NCBI GenBank assembly: GCA_041661795.1
Contig: JBAZTS010000005.1
Span: forward strand, 768-64,767
Reading direction: 5' to 3'
Source of the DNA: Minisyncoccota bacterium
GTDB lineage: Bacteria; Patescibacteriota; Minisyncoccia; UBA6257; JAGOQP01
Length of the DNA: 64,000 bases
Part shown: positions 46,381 to 55,870 of the stretch, in pieces
Layout: every line of letters starts with the position of its first letter
Position numbering within the stretch: the stretch's first letter is position 1
Made by a program: the position numbers and the translations under genes
Notes under the pieces: model-generated
What the model was told of the DNA's origin: nothing
The model's database searches: none
What the model saw: the letters and a program-made list of their open reading frames with translations, nothing else

Positions 46381-48477
46381 ATGAACAAACAACAAGCCAA
46401 AGAACGTATAGGAAAACTTCGTAAGTTAATTGATTATCATAGGAACCTTTACCATACATTTGATGAGCCGGAAATCAACGATTCTGCTTTTGATACTCTA
46501 AAAAACGAATTGGAGGAGTTGGAATATAAGTTTCCTGATTTAATAACATCTGATTCTCCGACACAGAAGGTCGGAGGAAAGCCATTGGATAAATTTGAAA
46601 AGGTTTCTCATGAAAAGCCAATGCTTTCTTTTAATGACGCTTTTTCGGAAGAAGAAATGAATGAATGGATGGAGCGTTTGGAAAATTATCTCGGTAGACC
46701 GCTGACTGACGCAGACAGTACGCGGACTAACGCAGAAAAAAGTCGGCGTAAGTCAGCGTCAAGTCCGCGCAAGTCTGCATCTCTGTTTTATTGTGAGCTA
46801 AAAATTGACGGGTTAGCAATTGAACTTATTTATGAGAATGGAATATTAAAACAGGGAGCTACTAGGGGCGATGGAATTATCGGGGAAGATATAACTCAAA
46901 ATTTAAAAACAGTTAAAGCTATTCCACAAAGGTTAGAACAATTGGGAAAATATAAAATTCCCAAGCACTTAGTTGTCAGAGGTGAGGTTTTTATAACAAA
47001 AAAAGATTTAGTAAGAATCAATAAAGAACAGCAAAAATTAGGATTGAAATCTTACGCCAACACCAGAAACTTGGCGGCGGGTTCTGTTAGACAGTTAGAC
47101 CCTCAAATTACTGCCTCAAGAAAACTTGATTCCTTCCAATACGATATCGTCACCAATGTCGGACAAAAAACTCACGAGGAAGAGCATAAAATATTGGCTT
47201 CTTGGGGATTTAAAATTAATCTTCATAATAAAAGCGTTACTGATTTAAATAATGTCTTTGAATTTAGAAATTATTGGGAGAAAAAAAGAGAATCTTTGGG
47301 GTATGAAATTGACGGGATTGTGGTTATTGTTAATGACAACAGTTCTTCTGACAAAGCCGGAAGTATAGGCAAAGCTCCCAGAGCCGCCATCGCTTATAAA
47401 TTTTCTCCTCGCCAGGCGACAACTATTATTGAAGATATAAAAGTCCAAGTGGGAAGAACAGGAACTCTGACTCCCGTGGCTATTTTAAAACCCGTTGAAA
47501 TTTCCGGGGTAACTATTACTCACGCCACTTTGCATAATTTTGACGAGATAAAACGACTTGGAGTTAAGATTGATGATACGGTTATTATTACCCGTTCAGG
47601 GGACGTTATCCCAAAAATTATCCAAGTAATAAAAGAACTGCGCACCGGGAAAGAAAAAGAATTTAAAGTTCCTTTAAAATGTCCGGTAGACGGTTCAGGA
47701 GTCATAAAAGATGGCGTGATGATAAAATGTTCAAATCCTTCCTGTGGAGCTAAAAACAGGAATCAAATCATTCATTTTGTTTCCAGAAACGCCTTTGATA
47801 TTAGAGGTCTTGGTAAAAAAATTATTGACAGATTTTTAGATGAGGGCCTCATAACCAACTCCGCCGACATTTTTAGTTTGGAAAAAGGAGACATATCCGT
47901 TTTGGAGAGATTTGGAAAAAAATCGGCTGATAATCTTATAAAAGAAATCAGTCAATCAAAAAAAATCAGAATTGATAAATTTATTTATGCTCTTGGAATT
48001 TTACATGTAGGACAAGAAACCGCATCTCTTCTTTCTAAAAAAATACAATCGTCCGGAAAAAAAGTAAGTATTGTTAATTTAAAAAAGTTTCTTTCTAATA
48101 TTTCTTTGGAAAAGCTTCAGGAATTACAAGACGTTGGCCCAAAGGTTGCTCAAAGTATTTATTCTTGGTTTTCTGATAAAAAGAACCAAAAACTTTTAGA
48201 TGATTTAAATAAATTTGGAATAGAGCTTGAAGTTATTAAAGAAAAAACATCAGGCGTCTTTAAGGGCTTAAATATCTGTCTGACCGGAACTTTAGAATCA
48301 ATGTCTCGCCAAAGGGCTAAGGAAATTATAGAAAGCCGAGGTGGGCATTTTCACTCAGATGTTTTGTCTTCAACTGATATTGTGATTGCTGGAGAAAACC
48401 CGGGTTCTAAGTATAATAAAGCCAAAGACAAGGGGATTGAGGTTTGGGATGAAAAGAAATTTTTAAATAAAATATGA
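46381..48477 (+). CDS. ligA: NAD-dependent DNA ligase LigA
   Basis: Adenylation motif ELKIDGLAI (KxDG), OB fold, Zn-finger Cys (CPVDGSG...C...C), HhH and C-terminal BRCT domains. Start set at MNKQQAKERI. Carries a ~30-aa low-complexity insert before KxDG. Confidence 0.9.
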   Translation: MNKQQAKERIGKLRKLIDYHRNLYHTFDEPEINDSAFDTLKNELEELEYKFPDLITSDSPTQKVGGKPLDKFEKVSHEKPMLSFNDAFSEEEMNEWMERLENYLGRPLTDADSTRTNAEKSRRKSASSPRKSASLFYCELKIDGLAIELIYENGILKQGATRGDGIIGEDITQNLKTVKAIPQRLEQLGKYKIPKHLVVRGEVFITKKDLVRINKEQQKLGLKSYANTRNLAAGSVRQLDPQITASRKLDSFQYDIVTNVGQKTHEEEHKILASWGFKINLHNKSVTDLNNVFEFRNYWEKKRESLGYEIDGIVVIVNDNSSSDKAGSIGKAPRAAIAYKFSPRQATTIIEDIKVQVGRTGTLTPVAILKPVEISGVTITHATLHNFDEIKRLGVKIDDTVIITRSGDVIPKIIQVIKELRTGKEKEFKVPLKCPVDGSGVIKDGVMIKCSNPSCGAKNRNQIIHFVSRNAFDIRGLGKKIIDRFLDEGLITNSADIFSLEKGDISVLERFGKKSADNLIKEISQSKKIRIDKFIYALGILHVGQETASLLSKKIQSSGKKVSIVNLKKFLSNISLEKLQELQDVGPKVAQSIYSWFSDKKNQKLLDDLNKFGIELEVIKEKTSGVFKGLNICLTGTLESMSRQRAKEIIESRGGHFHSDVLSSTDIVIAGENPGSKYNKAKDKGIEVWDEKKFLNKI

Positions 48478-49760
48478 AGATTTTTATTTTAGATGAGTTT
48501 GCTCCACAGGATAATGCTATGCTCCAGGCGCTTTATTCGCGCAGTTCAAAAAGCGTTGCCGAACACATAGAAAAAGTAAAACAATCCGGCTCGGGAAAAT
48601 TTATGGAGACGTATTATGTGGGCTATGGACATGCCAGTATCGCCGATTGCGGAAGCACTACCATTTTTATAGAAGGGTTAAGTATCTTGGCTGACAAAGC
48701 TGTACAGGATTGGCCTTTATATAGCGGTCAAGAAACAAGCACCCGCTATATTGATATGTCAAAACAACCGGTTATTGATCCTCTAAAAACTAAAGAAAGT
48801 GAGGAGATTATAAAAAAATGGATGGATTTTTATATCAACAATCAGGAAAGAATGATTGAATATATAAAGCAACTTTATCCCAGAAAAGAAAATGATGACG
48901 AAAAAATATACGAAAAAACAGTTAAAGCCAGGGTCTTTGATATTATGAGAGGATTTTTGCCCGCCGGTATAGCCACTCAATTGAGTTGGCATACGAATTT
49001 AAGGCAGGCCTACGATAAATTATCAACCATGATTTATCATCCCTTGGAAGAGGTAAGAAATGTTGCCGGTCAAATATTCTCCCAACTTAAAGAAAAATAT
49101 CCAAACAGCTTTTCCCATCAGGTTTATGAGAAACAGGAAGAATATCGAAAAAACATTACAGAAAAATACAATTATTACTTTGACCAAAATTGTCCTGAGT
49201 TTTCATCTTCAACTACTATAAATAACATTGAATTGGAAAAATATAAGGATATTATTTCTAACCGTCCAGAAAAAACATTGCTCCCGTATTTTATCGGTGA
49301 ATTAGGGCAAGTAACGTTTGATTTTCTTTTGGACTTTGGTTCCTTCCGGGACGTTCAAAGGCACAGAAGCGCCGTTTCCAGAATCCCACTTTTGACAACC
49401 AGATTGGGATTTGGCAATTGGTATTTGAAACAGCTTTCGGATGAATTAAGAAAGGAAGCGGAAGATTTAATAAAATTACAAACCGAAGCCATAAATAAAC
49501 TAGAAACTTCTGACGAAATAAAACAATATTATATTGCTATGGGATTTAAAGTGCCATGTAAATTTACATTTTATCTTCCTGGAGCCGTTTATACGTCCGA
49601 ATTGAGGTCCGGACATTTAGTCCACCCGACCCTAAGAGCTGTGGCTCAAAAAATGATAGAGGCCTTAAAAAATAATTTTCCTTTGCTGGTTCTTCATCCT
49701 GATTTAGAACCAAGCGAATGGGATATAAAAAGAGGGACACAGGATATTATCGGTAAGTAA
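48474..49760 (+). CDS. Hypothetical protein, possibly a divergent ThyX-like (flavin-dependent thymidylate synthase fold) protein
   Basis: The N-terminus ILDEFAPQDNAMLQALYSRSS resembles the ThyX start (ILD...AARVS). QDWPLYSGQETSTRY aligns to ThyX RHRIASYNELSGRY with RHR replaced by DWP. A separate RHR sits in the C-terminal half (QRHRSAVSRIP). At 428 aa it is about twice the ThyX length. Overlaps the ligA stop by 4 nt. Confidence 0.35.
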   Translation: MKIFILDEFAPQDNAMLQALYSRSSKSVAEHIEKVKQSGSGKFMETYYVGYGHASIADCGSTTIFIEGLSILADKAVQDWPLYSGQETSTRYIDMSKQPVIDPLKTKESEEIIKKWMDFYINNQERMIEYIKQLYPRKENDDEKIYEKTVKARVFDIMRGFLPAGIATQLSWHTNLRQAYDKLSTMIYHPLEEVRNVAGQIFSQLKEKYPNSFSHQVYEKQEEYRKNITEKYNYYFDQNCPEFSSSTTINNIELEKYKDIISNRPEKTLLPYFIGELGQVTFDFLLDFGSFRDVQRHRSAVSRIPLLTTRLGFGNWYLKQLSDELRKEAEDLIKLQTEAINKLETSDEIKQYYIAMGFKVPCKFTFYLPGAVYTSELRSGHLVHPTLRAVAQKMIEALKNNFPLLVLHPDLEPSEWDIKRGTQDIIGK

Positions 49761-49806
49761 AAAGTTCAGATTAGAAACGGGTCTCTTTTTAGGGTATAAT
49801 TGTCTT

Positions 49807-52263
49807 ATGTTAAAATATACAAAAGATTTGTCTTTAATAACTATAAAGAATGTCCCAGAGGTGGGGGGTAAAAATGCCTCTTTGGGAGAAATGATAAGAA
49901 CTTTAACTCCAAAAGGAATAAGCGTTCCCGGTGGATTTGCTACGACAGCAAAGGCATTCCGATACTTCTTAAAAAAATCAAAGATTGGAAAGGTGAGTTT
50001 GGAAAAATTTATAAAGGACGCGCTAAAAGATTTAAACACTCATAATTTAAGACAATTACAGGCCAAGGGAAAAATTATCAGAGAGGCAGTAAGATCAGCT
50101 CAGATTCCCAAAGATTTGGAAAAAGAAGTGAGGAGGGGATATCAGATAATGGAAAAAAAGTACGGCAAAAATGTTGACGTAGCCGTGCGCTCGTCCGCTA
50201 CGGCGGAGGACTTACCCGGAGCTTCTTTTGCCGGACAGCAGGAGACATATTTAAATATCCGAGGTGAAGATGATTTAATAATGGCGCTAAGAAGATGTTT
50301 TGCTTCTCTTTTTACCGACAGAGCCATATCTTACAGGCAAGATAAGGGATTTGGGCATTTTAAAATTGCTTTATCGGCCGGAATTCAAAAAATGGTTCGT
50401 TCGGACAGAGCTTCATCCGGGGTCATGTTTACTTTGGATACCGAATCGGGATTTAAGGATGTAGTTTTAATAAACGGTTCTTGGGGGCTTGGAGAAATGA
50501 TCGTACAAGGAGAAGTTATTCCAGATGAGTTTTTGGTTTATAAGAAGTTTTTATCCGATGATAAATTGACGCCAATTATAGGAAAAACTTTAGGTAAAAA
50601 AGACAGAAAAATGATTTATTCTTCTGGAGCAAAACCGACTAAAATTGTTTTTACAAACGAAAATGAAAGAAATAAGTTTACTCTAAGAGATGATGAAATC
50701 TTAAAATTGGCAAGATGGGGAGCTGAAATTGAAAAGCACTATACCCAAAAACATAAAAAGTGGACTCCTATGGATATTGAATGGGCTAAAGACGGAGTGT
50801 CAGGAGAGCTTTTTATAGTTCAGGCAAGGCCAGAAACAGTCCAGGCACAAAAAGATTTTTCAGTTATTCGGGAATACAAGCTACAAACTTCAAGTTCCAA
50901 GCTTCGCGTCTTAGTCAGCGGAGCTTCTGTTGGAAGTAAAATAGCATCTGGAAAAGCCAGAGTGATTTTGGATGTAAAGGGAATCCACGGATTTAAAAAA
51001 GGGGAGGTTTTAGTGACTGATATGACCGACCCGGATTGGGAGCCAATAATGAAAATTGCTTCGGCTATTGTTACTGATAAAGGCGGAAGAACTTCTCACG
51101 CGGCTATAGTTTCAAGAGAGCTTGGAATACCTTGTATAGTTGGGTCTCTTAGTGCCAGTAGAAAAATAAAAACGGGACAGATGATAACTATAGATACTAC
51201 TGGAAGTGAGGGATATGTTTATGATGGTCAGGTTAAATTTGAGGTAAAAGAACAAAGCATAAAGAAATTGCCTAAAGTTAAAACTAAAATAATGGTAAAC
51301 ATTGGAACTCCAGAAATTGCTTTTGAAAAATCATTTTTACCGGTTTCCGGGGTGGGACTTGCCAGAGAAGAATTTATCTTGGCTTCAAGTATCGGTATTC
51401 ATCCAATGGCTCTTGTTGATTTTAATAAGTTGAAAGTTGAAAGTAAAAAAGATAAAAATAAAGAAAGAATTGTAAGAGAAATAGATAAAAAAACTCTTGG
51501 GTATAAAGACAAGACAAAATTTTTTGTTGATAATTTGGCTTATGGAATCGCTAAAATTGCCGCCGCATTTTATCCACGAGAAGTGATTGTTAGATTTTCT
51601 GACTTTAAAACAAACGAATATAGACAACTTATTGGAGGGGATATTTATGAACCCTTGGAGGAAAATCCAATGATTGGCTGGAGAGGAGCGTCGCGTTATT
51701 ATCATCCTGATTTTGAAAAGGCCTTTGCTTTAGAAGTTAAGGCGATGAAAAGAGTTAGGGAACAGATGGGGCTTTCTAATGTAAATGTGATGATTCCTGT
51801 TTGTAGAACCGTTGATGAAGGTAAAAGGGTTTTAGCTCTGATGAAAAAGTATGGACTTACAAGGAAATCCTCCTTCGCTAAAGCTACGAAGGATGACAAA
51901 AATCTAAAGATTTTTGTCATGTGCGAACTTCCGGCTAACGTCATTTTGGCTGATGAGTTTTTGGACATTTTTGATGGAATGAGTATCGGCTCAAACGATT
52001 TAACCCAAATGACGTTGGGAATAGATAGAGATGGAAATGAAAAAATAAGAAGCATTGCTAATGAAAATAATGAAGCAATAAAAAAACTTATTTCCCAAGT
52101 TATCAAAAGATGTAATGCCAGAAAGAAATATATCGGAATTTGCGGAGATGCTCCTTCAACATTTCCCGAATTTGCCAGATTTTTGGCAAAAGAAGGGATA
52201 GGCAGTATGTCTCTTAGCCCGGACGCGGTAATAAAAACGATATTAGAACTATCCAAGAAATGA
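49807..52263 (+). CDS. ppsA: Phosphoenolpyruvate synthase (pyruvate, water dikinase)
   Basis: N-terminal PEP/pyruvate-binding ATP-grasp domain (VPEVGGKNASLGEM), phosphohistidine mobile domain GGRTSHAAIVSRELGIPCIVG, and C-terminal PEP-utilising TIM-barrel domain. Confidence 0.9.
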   Translation: MLKYTKDLSLITIKNVPEVGGKNASLGEMIRTLTPKGISVPGGFATTAKAFRYFLKKSKIGKVSLEKFIKDALKDLNTHNLRQLQAKGKIIREAVRSAQIPKDLEKEVRRGYQIMEKKYGKNVDVAVRSSATAEDLPGASFAGQQETYLNIRGEDDLIMALRRCFASLFTDRAISYRQDKGFGHFKIALSAGIQKMVRSDRASSGVMFTLDTESGFKDVVLINGSWGLGEMIVQGEVIPDEFLVYKKFLSDDKLTPIIGKTLGKKDRKMIYSSGAKPTKIVFTNENERNKFTLRDDEILKLARWGAEIEKHYTQKHKKWTPMDIEWAKDGVSGELFIVQARPETVQAQKDFSVIREYKLQTSSSKLRVLVSGASVGSKIASGKARVILDVKGIHGFKKGEVLVTDMTDPDWEPIMKIASAIVTDKGGRTSHAAIVSRELGIPCIVGSLSASRKIKTGQMITIDTTGSEGYVYDGQVKFEVKEQSIKKLPKVKTKIMVNIGTPEIAFEKSFLPVSGVGLAREEFILASSIGIHPMALVDFNKLKVESKKDKNKERIVREIDKKTLGYKDKTKFFVDNLAYGIAKIAAAFYPREVIVRFSDFKTNEYRQLIGGDIYEPLEENPMIGWRGASRYYHPDFEKAFALEVKAMKRVREQMGLSNVNVMIPVCRTVDEGKRVLALMKKYGLTRKSSFAKATKDDKNLKIFVMCELPANVILADEFLDIFDGMSIGSNDLTQMTLGIDRDGNEKIRSIANENNEAIKKLISQVIKRCNARKKYIGICGDAPSTFPEFARFLAKEGIGSMSLSPDAVIKTILELSKK

Positions 52264-53471
52264 AAGCCAAGGATATTAACGTAAAGATAATTTTGGATTC
52301 TCGCGGAGAGCCGACTTTAGAAGCCGAGTTTTTTGGTGAGAATTTCAGCGTTTTTTCCAGTGTTCCGGCCGGGAAAAGTAAAGGAAGTCATGAAATGGTT
52401 TCTTTGGAGCCGGAAATGTGTTTGGAGAAATTTCCTTCCATAAAAACACAGATTCTTGAAAAAGATTTTTCTGGGCAAAAAGAATTTGACGATTTTCTTA
52501 TATTTCTTGATGGAACTAAAGACAAATCAAATTTAGGGGGAAACTTGATTTTGGTATTGTCGTTGGTCTTTGCCAGAGCATTTGCTCGTTCTCAAAATGT
52601 GGAATTGTATAAATATATTAGCGCATTGCTATCTACCAGCTACCAACTACCAGCTACTAATTTCCCTTTGCCTATCTTCAACATCATTAATGGCGGAGCC
52701 CATGCCAAAATAAAATCATTGGAATTTCAGGAGTTTCAGATCATTCCTTCAACTAAAGATTACGCTATTGGGTTAAGCGTGGCCCAGGAATTTTATAAAA
52801 AACTAGGAAGATTTCTGGAGGAAAAATTTGGAAAAGAAAAAGTTTTATTGGGAGATGAGGCGGGTTTTTCTTGTCCCTTTAATTCAAACGAAGAAGCTTT
52901 AGATACAATTTACGAATTAATTCAAAAAAATAAATATCCTCTTAATATCGGAATGGATATTGCCGCATCCCAGTTTTTTGTAAAAGAAAGATATCTTGCC
53001 AACGGAAAAGAATATTCTCCTCAAGAAATGGCCGGATTTTATAAAGATATTATCAATAGGTATGGGATAATTTCTATTGAAGACCCGTTCTATGAGGAAT
53101 CATTTGGAGTTTTTACTGCTTTAACAAGTGAAGTTGGCGGTTCTGTTCTAGTGATAACCGATGACTTAACGGCCACCAATAAAGAACGACTCCAAAAAGC
53201 CATAGAAGAAAAGTCGGGAAATGCCATTTTAATAAAACTTAATCAGATAGGAACGCTATCGGAAACTTTGGAAGTTGTCGCTTTGGCTTATCAAAACAAT
53301 TGGAAATGTGTGGTTAGCCACAGAAGTGGGGAGACGATGGATGATTTTATAGCTGATTTGGCTGTGGGAATTGGCGCTTGGGGAATAAAAGCCGGAGCTC
53401 CGGCTAAACCCGAAAGAATGGCAAAATATAATAGGCTATTGGAAATCCAACAAAAAGGGTTGAAAATGTAA
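52260..53471 (+). CDS. eno: Enolase (phosphopyruvate hydratase)
   Basis: N-terminal ILDSRGEPTLEAE, enolase signature SHRSGETMDDFIADLAVG, and catalytic IKLNQIGTLSE. Overlaps the ppsA stop by 4 nt. Confidence 0.9.
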   Translation: MKAKDINVKIILDSRGEPTLEAEFFGENFSVFSSVPAGKSKGSHEMVSLEPEMCLEKFPSIKTQILEKDFSGQKEFDDFLIFLDGTKDKSNLGGNLILVLSLVFARAFARSQNVELYKYISALLSTSYQLPATNFPLPIFNIINGGAHAKIKSLEFQEFQIIPSTKDYAIGLSVAQEFYKKLGRFLEEKFGKEKVLLGDEAGFSCPFNSNEEALDTIYELIQKNKYPLNIGMDIAASQFFVKERYLANGKEYSPQEMAGFYKDIINRYGIISIEDPFYEESFGVFTALTSEVGGSVLVITDDLTATNKERLQKAIEEKSGNAILIKLNQIGTLSETLEVVALAYQNNWKCVVSHRSGETMDDFIADLAVGIGAWGIKAGAPAKPERMAKYNRLLEIQQKGLKM

Positions 53472-53495
53472 AGTTTGTAAAGTATATTTTTTTCT

Positions 53496-53807
53496 ATGTC
53501 ACAGATAAACGAAGAAGTATTAAAACATCTTTTCAAACTGGCCCGGATAGAGGAAGAACAATCGCCACAAAGAAGGGAAAAACTCTTAAAAGATTTGTCC
53601 AAAATATTGGATTATTTTAATGAGCTTAACGAGGTTGATACTTCAAACGTAGAACCTATGTCTGGTGGAACTTTTTTATCTGATGTTTTTAGAGAAGACG
53701 GGCAAAAGTCGGTTGATGATGATGCGCGAGGAAAACAGAGAAAAGAATCGGTGGAACAATTTCCCAAAAAAGAGGGCGATTATTTAAAAATTCCTCCGGT
53801 ATTCTAA
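53496..53807 (+). CDS. gatC: Asp/Glu-tRNA amidotransferase subunit C
   Basis: INEEVLKHLFKLARIEEEQSP...ILDYFNELNEVDTSNVEPMSG is the GatC consensus. Confidence 0.8.
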   Translation: MSQINEEVLKHLFKLARIEEEQSPQRREKLLKDLSKILDYFNELNEVDTSNVEPMSGGTFLSDVFREDGQKSVDDDARGKQRKESVEQFPKKEGDYLKIPPVF

Positions 53808-53860
53808 TAAGTAGCTGGTATCTGGTAGTTTGTATTTGGTATGAAGAAACAAAAATAATT

Positions 53861-55339
53861 ATGAAGGAGCTCTTTAGTAGAAAATTTGGAATTAAAGAAT
53901 ATCACCAGGGACTTTTGGATAAAGAGTTTTCCGTAACCGAAGCCATTTCGGAGTTTTTTGGTTTTATAAAAAAAGAAGATGAAAATATCGGAGCTTTTTT
54001 GAAAGTTATGGAAGAGGATGGAATTTCAAAGGCCAAAGAACTTGATAAGAAATTATCTTCCGATAATCAGATTTCAGAAATGTTTGGAGTGCCTATGGCT
54101 ATAAAAGACAATATTTTAATAGATGGATTTCAAGCCACCGCCGCTTCAAAAATTTTGGAAAATTATGTGGCTTCTTATGATGCTACGGTTATAAAGAATT
54201 TGAAAAATAGCGACGCTGTTTTCTTGGGAAAAACCAATCTGGATGAATTTGCCATGGGGGCATCAACCGAATATTCGGCTTTTAAACAAACCAGAAATCC
54301 TTTGGATTTATCAAAGGTTCCCGGGGGTTCTTCTGGGGGTTCGGCTGCGGCTGTGGCGGCTAATATGACTTTGGGGGCTTTGGGGTCCGACACTGGGGGA
54401 TCCATAAGACAACCGGCTGGATTTTGCGGAGTCGTTGGACTAAAGCCGACATACGGAGCTGTTTCAAGATATGGAGTCATTTCCTTGGCTTCAAGCTTGG
54501 ATCAGGTTGGGCCTTTTGCTAAAAGCGTTGCCGATGCCGCTTTGATTTTCAAAACCATAGCCGGTCAGGATAATTTTGATTCAACTTCCAATAAAATTAA
54601 TTGGTCGTCTGTTGATGAATATAAAAAAGAAGATGTTAAAAAACTTAAAATTGGAGTACCTAAAGAATATTTTGTTAAGGGTATGAACCCAAAAGTAGAG
54701 AAAGCAATTTGGGATGTTGTGGAGAAATTTAAAAAAGATGGATTTGATGTTAGAGAAGTATCTTTACCAAACAGCAAACACGCTATTTCTTGTTATTATA
54801 TAATCTTGCCAGCCGAGGCCAGCGCCAATTTGGCCAGGTATGATGGAATAAGATATTCGGATGTTAAGGAGTTAAAAGGAAAAGAATTGGGGCTTTTGGA
54901 TTATTATTTAAAACAAAGAGGACTTGGAATCGGAGACGAACCAACAAGAAGAATTCTTCTTGGAACGTTTGTTTTATCTTCTGGGTATTATGACGCTTAC
55001 TATTCTAAAGCCCAAAAAGTAAGAAGGTTAATATTTGAAGATTTTGCGAAAGTTTTTGACGACAAGAATGACGGAGTTGATGTAATCATAACTCCGGTTT
55101 CTCCATCAACCGCTTTTGGAATAGGGGAGAAGAAAGATGATCCGCTCTCAATGTATCTTGAAGATGTGTTTACTTTGCCTATAAATCTATCAGGGCTTTG
55201 CGGACTTTCTTTGCCGGTAGAAAATCCGGAAACATTTAGTAAAGAAAATATGCCAATAAACTTCCAGATTGTAGGACGTCATTTTGAAGAGAAGAATATT
55301 TTAGGACTAGGAAGATATTATGAAGAGGAATTAAAATAA
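53861..55339 (+). CDS. gatA: Asp/Glu-tRNA amidotransferase subunit A (amidase family)
   Basis: Amidase signature GGSSGGSAAAVAANMTLGALGSDTGGSIRQPA with the Ser-cisSer-Lys triad context. Confidence 0.9.
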   Translation: MKELFSRKFGIKEYHQGLLDKEFSVTEAISEFFGFIKKEDENIGAFLKVMEEDGISKAKELDKKLSSDNQISEMFGVPMAIKDNILIDGFQATAASKILENYVASYDATVIKNLKNSDAVFLGKTNLDEFAMGASTEYSAFKQTRNPLDLSKVPGGSSGGSAAAVAANMTLGALGSDTGGSIRQPAGFCGVVGLKPTYGAVSRYGVISLASSLDQVGPFAKSVADAALIFKTIAGQDNFDSTSNKINWSSVDEYKKEDVKKLKIGVPKEYFVKGMNPKVEKAIWDVVEKFKKDGFDVREVSLPNSKHAISCYYIILPAEASANLARYDGIRYSDVKELKGKELGLLDYYLKQRGLGIGDEPTRRILLGTFVLSSGYYDAYYSKAQKVRRLIFEDFAKVFDDKNDGVDVIITPVSPSTAFGIGEKKDDPLSMYLEDVFTLPINLSGLCGLSLPVENPETFSKENMPINFQIVGRHFEEKNILGLGRYYEEELK

Positions 55340-55359
55340 CGGCTTGTAGCCGTTATTTT
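55334..55359. terminator. Bidirectional stem-loop terminator between gatA (+) and tRNA-Asp (-)
   Basis: aaataacggc-ttgta-gccgttattt, a perfect 10-bp stem flanked by A/T runs on both sides. Confidence 0.6.
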
Positions 55360-55366
55360 AATTGTG

Positions 55367-55441
55367 CGGACCGAACGGGATTTGAACCCGTGATCTTCTC
55401 CTTGACAAGGAGACATGTTAACCAGGCTACACCATCGGTCC
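55367..55441 (-). tRNA. tRNA-Asp (anticodon GUC)
   Basis: Reverse complement GGACCGATGGTGTAGCCTGGTTAACATGTCTCCTTGTCAAGGAGAAGATCACGGGTTCAAATCCCGTTCGGTCCG. Anticodon loop TTGTCAA, T-arm ACGGG-TTCAAAT-CCCGT, 7-bp acceptor. Confidence 0.85.
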
Positions 55442-55547
55442 ATAACAAAAACAGTTTACCAATTTTTTGAGATAAATCAATATCAAAATAACCCTATTCA
55501 TCCCACCAAATAAAAATTACCCATAAACGAGTAATTTTTATTACATG

Positions 55548-55619
55548 TTGCGGGAGCCGGAATTGCACCGGCGATCTCAAGGTTATGGGCCTTGCGAGAT
55601 ACTACTTCTCCATCCCGCG
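55548..55619 (-). tRNA. Initiator-like tRNA (anticodon CAU) with atypical features; possible tRNA pseudogene or non-canonical tRNA
   Basis: Reverse complement CGCGGGATGGAGAAGTAGTATCTCGCAAGGCCCATAACCTTGAGATCGCCGGTGCAATTCCGGCTCCCGCAA. It has the C1xA72 mismatch and a CGCGGG start typical of bacterial tRNA-fMet with anticodon CAT. However, the D-loop lacks G18G19, position 33 is C, and the T-loop reads TGCAATT (G at 55). Confidence 0.4.
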
Positions 55620-55702
55620 ATAATAGTTTTGTGATTATATCAGCAAATATCAGGCATTTCAATACTTGATACTTTTGAGTTTTGATTTTATACTCTTTTT
55701 AT

Positions 55703-55774
55703 GCCGACGTAGCTCAATGGTGGAGCAGGGCTTTCATAAGGCCAAGGTTACAGGTTCGACTCCTGTCGTCGGTA
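55703..55774 (+). tRNA. tRNA with anticodon CAU (elongator Met or lysidine-modified Ile2)
   Basis: GCCGACGTAGCTCAATGGTGGAGCAGGGCTTTCATAAGGCCAAGGTTACAGGTTCGACTCCTGTCGTCGGTA. Canonical D-arm (GCTC/GAGC, GG in loop), anticodon loop TTCATAA, T-arm ACAGG-TTCGACT-CCTGT, and a 7-bp acceptor with G1-U72. Confidence 0.75.
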
Positions 55775-55870
55775 CTAGTAACTTTATTCATTTATTATCG
55801 TTTTTATACTTAACGGGACATCCTTTAAATAGCTCGTTTATTAGCGAGCTTCCTGTTGTTTTGCAAAAAT

